A stretch of DNA of 32,000 bases from Paramicrosporidium saccamoebae KSL3. Its lineage: Eukaryota; Fungi; Cryptomycota. A program made the translations under genes and the position numbers. Below are positions 8,473 through 16,013 of this stretch, piece by piece; the first letter of the stretch is position 1, and every line of letters starts with the position of its first letter. Under the pieces are notes generated by a model that did no database searches, had not been told where the DNA came from, and was given only the letters and a program-made list of their open reading frames with translations. The stretch lies in assembly GCA_002794465.1 (NCBI GenBank), contig MTSL01000050.1, positions 33,164 to 65,163 on the forward strand, written 5' to 3'.

Positions 8473-9540
8473 ATGAGCAGCGACGCCTCGGTGGACCATT
8501 TGCTCCAACAAATCGACCGAATAGAAAGCGAACTCTCCTCCCTCAACAAATATCTTGAGGATGGTGCGCTGTACCGTCCGCCTACTGTCCTGTACCACAC
8601 GCCGTCCGAAATACCCGGCTTTGAAGAACAACGGGCTCGTCAGCAAGAGTTTGAGCCACGACTGAAGGCGTACCTCCAACGACGTTTCTCTGAACGCTAC
8701 CAAGAGGAGACGGAGCGACGCATGAAATTTCTGGCTGGCTACCGAGCATGGCATAAAAAGCTGCGGGTGCTCGAAGCCAATGACCCGCCAATTTCACGGA
8801 CGCCTGAAGCAGACGCCCTGCCAGCACAACCCGCCTCGCTTACTGGCCGCAGTACGAGGCGGGCAACTAGCGACGCAGTGCGGAGCGAGGAGGAGCTGAA
8901 CCAGGTACTTCTAACCCTACTCGAACAGGAACGGGATAACCCGGCAACAAGGTGGATGGCCACCTTGGCAGTGACTCCTTCAATGCTGATGGCAGACCCG
9001 AAGAATATCTTTTACGACATTTTCACCGACCAAAACGGTAGGCTTGCGCAAAACGCCTTTGTCAAGTCACCTCCAACGACCTATGTCTGCGCTGAATCGG
9101 TTGTTCACTTTAACGAAAATACTGTATGGACGGATTTGGAGCAAAAGATTTTCATTGACAAATTCCTGGCCTATCCAAAGAACTTTCGAAAGATTGCCTC
9201 TTACTTGCCTTTCAAGAAGACGGCAGATTGCGTTGCCTTTTATTACAGAAACAAGAAACGACTCAAGTTGAAGCAGCTCCGGAAGATGGCGGCGAATGAG
9301 GCAAATATCAGTAGGGTGAGAGTGCCCAAGAAATTGTCGGGTCCGGGCCGTCCGCCAAAGAAGCCCCGCAAGCCGGGAAGACCTGGCCGTCCTAGGAACA
9401 CTGCAGTTTCCTCGATGGAGGAGGATTCCGAGGGGTTGTCTTCAACGGCCGTGTCGCTACTGTCATTGTCTGCTTTGATGGCACCCAACTCGCCCATTGA
9501 GACCAAGCCCACTCCGGAAAATGATCGGCAGGAAGAATAG
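8473..9540 (+). CDS. SNT1: SANT-domain protein, Snt1/NCoR-like
   Basis: WTDLEQKIFIDKFLAYPKNFRKIASYLPFKKTADCVAFYYRNKK matches the NCoR/Snt1 first SANT domain; upstream coiled coil and AVTPSML motif. Confidence 0.8.
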   Translation: MSSDASVDHLLQQIDRIESELSSLNKYLEDGALYRPPTVLYHTPSEIPGFEEQRARQQEFEPRLKAYLQRRFSERYQEETERRMKFLAGYRAWHKKLRVLEANDPPISRTPEADALPAQPASLTGRSTRRATSDAVRSEEELNQVLLTLLEQERDNPATRWMATLAVTPSMLMADPKNIFYDIFTDQNGRLAQNAFVKSPPTTYVCAESVVHFNENTVWTDLEQKIFIDKFLAYPKNFRKIASYLPFKKTADCVAFYYRNKKRLKLKQLRKMAANEANISRVRVPKKLSGPGRPPKKPRKPGRPGRPRNTAVSSMEEDSEGLSSTAVSLLSLSALMAPNSPIETKPTPENDRQEE

Positions 9541-9573
9541 AGCAGCTTGTGTAATAATTTTAGACTTTTTATT

Positions 9574-9897
9574 TTACGTCCAGACAATCTCACCCTCCGT
9601 GCCTTCCGAGAATCCCAACTGGAACAGCAAGTCTGCTCCATTTTTGGCTGTCACAGGATGTGGAGAATACACTGCCTTTTTCCGTGGTGTCTCGTCGGCC
9701 AATCGTGGCAAGATAACATTGTCAGCAACCACGCATTCATGTATAGCGTGCACCTCATGGGGCTTTGTATATCGTTCCACATTATGCACCACATATAGTG
9801 CACTCTTTAAAGACGATGACCAAGACCAGTTCCTATTCACTGGTGATCTCTGTCGCGCCTCAAAATACCGCGGATCATCTGCTATCGCTGAAAACAT
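9574..9897 (-). CDS. Hypothetical protein, 107 aa, family not recognised
   Basis: Fills an otherwise empty slot, stop converges 33 bp from the SANT gene stop, and an inverted CCAAT box (CTGATTGG) lies just upstream of the ATG as in neighbouring genes. Confidence 0.5.
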   Translation of the reverse strand: MFSAIADDPRYFEARQRSPVNRNWSWSSSLKSALYVVHNVERYTKPHEVHAIHECVVADNVILPRLADETPRKKAVYSPHPVTAKNGADLLFQLGFSEGTEGEIVWT

Positions 9898-10119
9898 ACA
9901 ACCAATCAGACTCTAATGTTGACAACTTTTGTAATCTTCAAAGGTGTGAAGCGATGACTCGGTGTAAGATGGTTAAAGTGCAGGGTGGTAGGATGATTGT
10001 ATAATCGTGTTTTAACAACTTTTGAAACGCAAGGAATTACATCCTCCCACCTAACAGAAATAGTGTATCCATGTAGTCACGTGTCCGTATATACGTGTAT
10101 TTGTGTATCTATATAACTC

Positions 10120-10175
10120 CTCTATTCCATGCATTCTCTCTACTCCATACATTCCATACATTCTCTCTATTCCAT
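10120..10175. repeat. Degenerate short tandem repeat (units like ACATTCTCTCTATTCCAT)
   Basis: ctctattccat / gcattctctctactccat / acattccat / acattctctctattccat. Confidence 0.6.
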
Positions 10176-10206
10176 ATAATCTCCTATATCCGTGGTGATC
10201 CCTCCG

Positions 10207-10887
10207 CTATGCGACGCCAGGAACACCAGACCAACATTCCCTTCGATATCGGATGTATTCAGGGAAAAACTTGACAAGGTGGTATTCTTCCAGCTTGATG
10301 CGCTCGGAAAAGAAGCGGTGCAGTACGTATGCATAGCCAAATAAGCAGACAAAATTGCCGAGCATGACTTGTGTTCCCAGTGACCATAAATAAAAGCCCG
10401 AATATGATGGATGTCGCATGAACTGAAAAATTCCAGTGCGCACCAAGACGTGACTGGCAACATGCTCATCGGCCACTTCGTGGGTGAAGGCACTGCCTGC
10501 ATCTAGCATACCCTTTGTTCGTGTCAGTTGTCCCGCCAACACCATACACCCTCCTAACCATCGTAAAGACGGTAGCCAGTGTAGCCGGGGGAAGAATATC
10601 TCAATAATCGCATATTCGAATACGGCTGCCGACATGGAAAGCGTATATGCCGTACTATGATCCAACAGGAATGCTTGGTAGGTTGTTGTGGTGGGATGGA
10701 AATGGCAGGTCAGGTAGAATTCCAGAAAGTGGAATGCACAAAGCGCAGCCGTGTATAAAGCAAGCCCAGTGTGTCTGGCTAGCGTTATTGCCACTACCAA
10801 CGAGCCTCCAAACGCCACCCCCAACAATCCACATGTTAGAGAAATCCGGGGAACATCATGCTGTGTCTCTAGGCGACCGGGCTGCAT
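10207..10887 (-). CDS. STE14: Isoprenylcysteine carboxyl methyltransferase (ICMT)
   Basis: FHFLEFYLT, AFLLDHS..Y, AGSAFTH.V, HVLVRTGIFQFMRHPSYSGF, ERIKLEE..LVKFF..Y..YR. ATG 10887 gives 226 aa; the longer ORF-track extension overlaps OGG1. Confidence 0.93.
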   Translation of the reverse strand: MQPGRLETQHDVPRISLTCGLLGVAFGGSLVVAITLARHTGLALYTAALCAFHFLEFYLTCHFHPTTTTYQAFLLDHSTAYTLSMSAAVFEYAIIEIFFPRLHWLPSLRWLGGCMVLAGQLTRTKGMLDAGSAFTHEVADEHVASHVLVRTGIFQFMRHPSYSGFYLWSLGTQVMLGNFVCLFGYAYVLHRFFSERIKLEEYHLVKFFPEYIRYRRECWSGVPGVA

Positions 10888-10895
10888 AATCAGAA

Positions 10896-11819
10896 TTATT
10901 TTATTTTCCTGGCCTTTTCCTTTATCTGTGCGGCAAACAGGACAAGATGAGCCCATCCCGCATGCGGTCCAAATATTACCCTGAACCGATCGCCAATTGC
11001 CGTGTAGACTTTCAGAGTCAGCGATTTTCCAGATGGCATGCCCGTGTAAAATGTCCGCGCAACCTTCCAAATGTGTGTATCGACAGGGACGGCAGAAAAT
11101 TGACCAAGACCAGTTAATGCCACGCAGTCGGCAACTTTGGGGCCCACACCCACTATCTTCAAGAGCTCCGACCATGCTTGTTCTCTGGGGGCCGTTCGTA
11201 AAAGCTCTAGATCCAACTCGCCGTCAATTGCCCGACATGAGACGGCCTGGATGTACCTGGCACGATATCCAAATCCATTTTCCACCAGTTCCTGGGTTAT
11301 CCGAACATGTGTTAGATCCGTTGGACAGGGAAAAGTGTAAACAATAACAGTCCCATCAATCAGTGCATGAGCGCGCCCATATTTCTCCTTCAGGGTGCGC
11401 ACCATTGACGTAATGCGTGAGATACCATTGTTTTGGGAACATATGAACGAAAGAAGACTTTCGAATGCGGGCTGGTCGAGGAGCCGCACACCTGGGCACT
11501 GGTGGCATAGCTTAGCAAAATGTGCGTCCCGCTGACTCCATTCTTGGTAGAGCTCAGACAGGTCTATGTCGAGTCGAAAATACTTTGAGAGAATGCACCG
11601 TACTACGGCCTCTTGTTCAGGTTCGGTCCAAAAATACACATTATTATCCTTTGTTGAAAGAATTAGAATTTCTCCCTCAAATGCGTTCAGCCAATAATCC
11701 TTGTATTGAATCCAAGAAAATGTCTGTCCACTACCGAGACAAATGTCAAGATTCAAGACGGAACATTCAGCGAGCTTAAACGGAGCCAATCGGGCCAGTT
11801 CCACTTGCTTATGGCTCAT
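10896..11819 (-). CDS. OGG1: 8-oxoguanine DNA glycosylase/lyase
   Basis: LGSGQTFSW, GVRLLDQ..FESLLSFICSQNNGISRI, GFGYRA, HhH-GPD (GVGPKVADCV...VPVDTH), AGWAH.VLF. Likely ATG at 11819. Confidence 0.93.
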   Translation of the reverse strand: MSHKQVELARLAPFKLAECSVLNLDICLGSGQTFSWIQYKDYWLNAFEGEILILSTKDNNVYFWTEPEQEAVVRCILSKYFRLDIDLSELYQEWSQRDAHFAKLCHQCPGVRLLDQPAFESLLSFICSQNNGISRITSMVRTLKEKYGRAHALIDGTVIVYTFPCPTDLTHVRITQELVENGFGYRARYIQAVSCRAIDGELDLELLRTAPREQAWSELLKIVGVGPKVADCVALTGLGQFSAVPVDTHIWKVARTFYTGMPSGKSLTLKVYTAIGDRFRVIFGPHAGWAHLVLFAAQIKEKARKIK

Positions 11820-11827
11820 AGAGAAAG

Positions 11828-11836
11828 CAGCCAATC
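11828..11836. promoter_or_regulatory. CCAAT box (CAGCCAATC) in the 32-bp OGG1/MGM1 divergent spacer
   Basis: Matches the NF-Y/HAP consensus; the same 9-mer occurs in the BCS1/SAC1 spacer. Confidence 0.6.
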
Positions 11837-11851
11837 CTGGTCGGCCGAGAC

Positions 11852-14522
11852 ATGCAATTCTTACGGAGAGCTCTACTGCACAGGTCGGTCTACCGACTTT
11901 CAGCTGCAATCCGATCATCAAATATCCAATTATTCCATAACCCCATACAAAGGCAAAACCTCCATGTATACACAAGAATTAGCCGGCCACACTACGGGAG
12001 ACGAATGTACGGAACAGGCGCCGGACTTGTTCCCCGCGGATTTCTTTTCCGAGCATTTTGGACCAGTGTCACAGCCACCGTGGGATACATTTATTACCAG
12101 GTCAATCAGGCATCCAGCTGGGTGGCGGAAAAGTCTGCTAGGCTGAGGGAACTGGGAATGGAGGGCATGTTGGGATTAATAGATGTCTGGGAGAGTGCGG
12201 CTGCAAGCATTGAGGGACACGGGTTGTGGAGGCGACCTACTAAGCCAGCACATGGTAATCGTTGTGGAGTAGTCTTGACATTTAGGAGAGTTTAGAGGCG
12301 TGCAAGAGGACGCCGATGGCCATTTTGGGGGCACGTCAGAGGACGACCATGGCCACACTACAAACAAGTCTGTTGATTTGGACAGTGCAAGTGGCCAATT
12401 TAGAGATTTTATCAAGAAAATGATCGAAGTTCGAAATATTCTAAAATCAGCCGAGATGGACAACACCCTGAATCTCCCTAGTATTGTAGTCATCGGATCG
12501 CAGAGCTCGGGGAAGAGCAGTGTACTAGAAAGCATTGTAGGCCACGAGTTCTTACCAAAGGGCAATAATATGGTCACCAGGAGACCACTCGAGTTGACGT
12601 TGGTGAATTCGCCTACCTGCACTCGTGATTTTGCCGTCTTCAATCAATTGGAGACTGGGCCTGTTTTTGATTTCTCCAAAGTCCAACAGACGTTGACCGA
12701 TCTAAACTTGGCCGTTCCTGAGGACCAATGGATTTCGCCAAAGCCCATCGAATTGACAATTTATTCCAAAAATGTTCCTGATCTCTCGCTTGTGGACTTG
12801 CCGGGATACATCCAGATTAACAATCGCAATCAGCCGCCAATCCTTCGTGATCGGATTGCACAGCTCTGTGAACAATACATCAAACAGGACAACATTATTT
12901 TGGCAGTGTGTCCCGCTGATGTGGATTTGGCAAACGCCGAGGCTCTGAAGGCCAGTCGTGCTGTTGACCCCGAGGGATTGCGAACAATTGGTGTGATTAC
13001 GAAACTAGACTTGGTGGACCCTGAATACTCTGCCCATCTGATACAAAACGAAGATTATCCCCTGAGGCTTGGCTATGTTGGGGTAGTTTGCAGGCCGCCA
13101 GCTACCCAAACACAGCCCCGTGCCCTCTCAATACTGACAAGAAGCAAAAACACACATAATGAACGCTATGAGGACTTGTACGTAAGTGAGCATCAGGAAG
13201 CTTTCGAAAAGATCAAGGATCGAGTGGGGATCTCTAGACTGCGAGATCGATTAAGCAGCGCGCTCGAGACTTCAATGGCAGAGTCGTTATCAGGTGTATT
13301 TACTTCTGTTCAAGACGAACTCTCTGAATTGTGCTATATTATGAAGGTTGAGTACAGTGATCGAGTGATATCGCCAGAGGGATACGTGTCTTACTTGGCA
13401 ACCAGCGTAAAAAATGGCCTGGAGAGCGTGGCCAAGGATTATAGCAGACCAAGGGTACGGGAACAGCTTAGAAAAGTGCTGCACAAGCGCTTGATTGAGG
13501 TTGCCGATGAGACGATTTGGAAGTATTCTGACAAAGCCGGGCTCTTAGATGAGGCACAGTTGAATCAAGCCGTGGCCTCGTTGACAAGATCGGGGGTAGG
13601 GAGGATTGCCGCAAATTGTCTTGTAGATGCAATAATCACCCAAGTAAGCCAAATTATCAAGGATGGGCCGTTGTCCCACCATCCCGCTGCCAAAGAACGC
13701 TTGCTAAAACAGGCAGAGACGGCCATGCGGAGACAAAGCCAGGCCGCAATTGAGCAAGTTGAGAACGCCATCAAACCATTAAAGAGCGAGATGGAATACA
13801 CCGACGACGATTGGATCATGGCGAGGAAAAAGATTATTCATCTATTTGAAGAAACGGGGCAAGATTTGGAGCGGACCCTGAAGAAGATCCAGAGCGAAGT
13901 AGGACAGCGGAGACTTGTGAGGATTGTACAGCACCTTCACGAGCCAAAAGATGGCTCCGTCAAGATTAGTCAGAATTTGGTTGACAAGGCCAAGGAGGCG
14001 GTGCGGATTAATCATCAATTGAAGAGCATCAGACAGCGATTAGAGGTAATGGAGAGGAAAGAATGCATGCTACCCGATGTTGAAGGTAAAAAGAGGTGGT
14101 TCCACTTTGGAAGCGACGCTGACACGTTGGAGACGGTCAAGAAGAACATTAGCGTCACTGTAGATGCCGGCACCCCCGATGCCAAGACGATTCATGTTTG
14201 GAATCACTGCCAAACACGCTGTCCCGAAGTTTATTTATACCTCGTGATGGAGAAGCTCCTCTCAACCTCTGCTTTGTATGTGCACCATGAGCTTGTCCAC
14301 GAGTTCCTCCATCCCTTCCCTGATGAACTGGCGGCTTCACTTTCCACCACGCCCAACAGCGGTGATGGCGTGATGGGATTGGACCGGAAGGAGATTCTTG
14401 AATTTGTGCAGGAGAATGCCTCGGTGGCACGGCATTTGCAACTACAGGAACGTAGGAGGATTTTGGAAAAGGTACGCGACAAGTTGGCCTATCTGCAACA
14501 TTTCAACACTAACACAATGTAA
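11852..14522 (+). CDS. MGM1: Mitochondrial dynamin-like fusion GTPase; exons 11852-12254, 12286-14522
   Basis: Arg-rich presequence, TM followed by YIYYQVNQASSW, G1 GSQSSGKSS, NMVTRRP, DLPG, TKLD. A 31-nt intron joins the two ORF-track ORFs in frame. Confidence 0.92.
12255..12285 (+). other. Spliceosomal intron, 31 nt (MGM1)
   Basis: GTAATC...CTTGACATTTAG, phase 1; restores the frame. Confidence 0.85.
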
Positions 14523-14684
14523 TACAGTGTGATTATATGAAAGGAGGTTTGGAACATGCACGCCCTGCCTATGGTATTGCTATTGACCAACAACAAGCTT
14601 CATTACTAATTCAGCGAGTGACATTGTTTCAGCATTTTCTTTCCACAAAACGAGTTTTATTGCAAATTCATCGGGTGACATTGT

Positions 14685-14912
14685 TTATTTTTGAGACACC
14701 TTTTTCAACCCCGCTCTAGTCGTTTCCAAAATGTTCCCTTCCTTGTTGCTCTCCACTTTGGGTACCACGTCACTCTGACCTTCAAAATCGCCCGGCTTTG
14801 GAGCCTTCTTCAACTTGACGCCCTCAAAAGCACTCTCCTTTTTCTCCATCTCAGTCTCTTGCTTGTGGGATTCAACGTTGCGCAACTTGACATTCCATTC
14901 GGCTGGCGTCAT
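14685..14912 (-). CDS. 75-aa protein with three WH2/beta-thymosin-like LKKV-type motifs (putative actin-monomer binder)
   Basis: VKLRNV, VKLKKA and AGLKKV motifs in a small charged protein; the ATG lies 20 bp after the QCR6 stop. Confidence 0.6.
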   Translation of the reverse strand: MTPAEWNVKLRNVESHKQETEMEKKESAFEGVKLKKAPKPGDFEGQSDVVPKVESNKEGNILETTRAGLKKVSQK

Positions 14913-14932
14913 GACCCCGACAATGTTTATTA

Positions 14933-15177
14933 CTATTTTAAGTACTTGAATAGTCGTTTGGCAACCTACAGGTCAGTCGTCTTACAGTTGGTACGCAATT
15001 ATCAATGCATGGAGTGAGGTCAAAGAGCTCCTCGTTGCAGGTTTCGGTGGTTCCGGGCCTCGATTGAACACGTCTCGCACATTCTTCGTATTTTTCAAGC
15101 AACGGACGGCACGCCTCTGAAGTACGACAGATCTCCTCCAACCGCTCCTTGGGACATGTCACTTCCTCCTCCGACAT
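14933..15177 (-). CDS. QCR6: Cytochrome bc1 complex hinge subunit; exons 15177-14995, 14965-14933
   Basis: Acidic N-terminus, PKERLEEIC...C..L.EKYEECARRV...ETCNEELFDL..CIDNC; after splicing it ends VAKRLFKYLK, the typical hinge-protein end. Confidence 0.92.
14966..14994 (-). other. Spliceosomal intron, 29 nt (QCR6)
   Basis: GTACCA...ACTGACCTGTAG, phase 0. Confidence 0.9.
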
Positions 15178-15208
15178 TTTTAAATTTGCGATTTATGGGA
15201 AATTCATT

Positions 15209-15835
15209 ATGCGGTGGAGACAACTTGAGGGCGACGCAGAGGTGTTGAGTCTGTATGGCGGGGAGTTGGGACTTGCGGGACGTTTTGAGGATATTCCCTC
15301 GTTGGAAATTGACGTAGCAAAAGCGCTGGTGGAGCAACTGGACGAGTGTAATGGAATTGTCATGGTGGCACCCGTGACGTTTCTCGCTCACGCCCCGCTC
15401 TCCAACTACACCGGCTCGGCGGTACTCATTGAACAGAGCATTGACAATGCCTGTGGGGCCATTGCCCTGTATCATCTCCTGGCAAACACAAGTACAAACC
15501 AATTGGCCGTCGAGATACAATCACTGCCTGACCCAACGGCACGTGGAAAGTGGCTAGAAACCAAAGCAGCGCTTCATGAGCGGTTTGCTGCAATGGGACA
15601 GACGGAACTCCCCGATCTTTCCGATGAGACTGAATTGCATTTCATTTGTATTATCAAGAGAGATGGACATGCTATTTGGTTTGACGGACGCAAAAAACAC
15701 CCCATGAAAATTGATGGAACCGGTGAAGAATTTGTAAGCAATGTTCTAAGCACTCTTCAAACTATGATATCCACAACGTCTGATCAGAATGTCAATGAGA
15801 TGGCGCTTTTCGCATTTATTCCTCAACCTTGTTAG
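15209..15835 (+). CDS. Ubiquitin C-terminal hydrolase, peptidase C12 (Yuh1/UCHL3-like)
   Basis: WRQLEGDAEV, EQSIDNACGAIALYHLLAN (Gln and catalytic Cys), LHFICI (His), WFDGRK (Asp). Likely ATG at 15209. Confidence 0.88.
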   Translation: MRWRQLEGDAEVLSLYGGELGLAGRFEDIPSLEIDVAKALVEQLDECNGIVMVAPVTFLAHAPLSNYTGSAVLIEQSIDNACGAIALYHLLANTSTNQLAVEIQSLPDPTARGKWLETKAALHERFAAMGQTELPDLSDETELHFICIIKRDGHAIWFDGRKKHPMKIDGTGEEFVSNVLSTLQTMISTTSDQNVNEMALFAFIPQPC

Positions 15836-16013
15836 ACCCTGTCGTACCAGGCAGGACCAGAAGAATCAGAAAAGGCCAAATAGGACTATTGTACTTTAAT
15901 AGTACGTATAGTGACATGCAATATATAATAATTTTGCCTGCCACAAATCATGGCATGATTATCTTGGTGAATGTAATCCGATTGTTTCTCCTTGAGTCTC
16001 ATAAATATACAAT

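Noticed and set aside
9497-9916. 139-aa plus-strand ORF
   Set aside because: It overlaps the SANT gene end, has no in-frame ATG after it, and the promoter signature favours the minus-strand ORF. Not fully excluded.
9919-10080. Possible extra minus-strand exon (WEDVIPCVSK...) after a TTAG acceptor
   Set aside because: No donor/phase combination gave a continuous frame with an ATG or joined it to the 9574-9897 ORF.
10888-11175. 95-aa N-terminal extension of STE14 in the ORF track
   Set aside because: It overlaps OGG1 coding sequence in another frame; the 226-aa form from ATG 10887 fits family length.
15836-16013. Possible small spliced gene between UCH and ATG4
   Set aside because: It needs a GTCACT donor unlike the GTA consensus and yields no recognisable peptide; more likely 3' UTRs.
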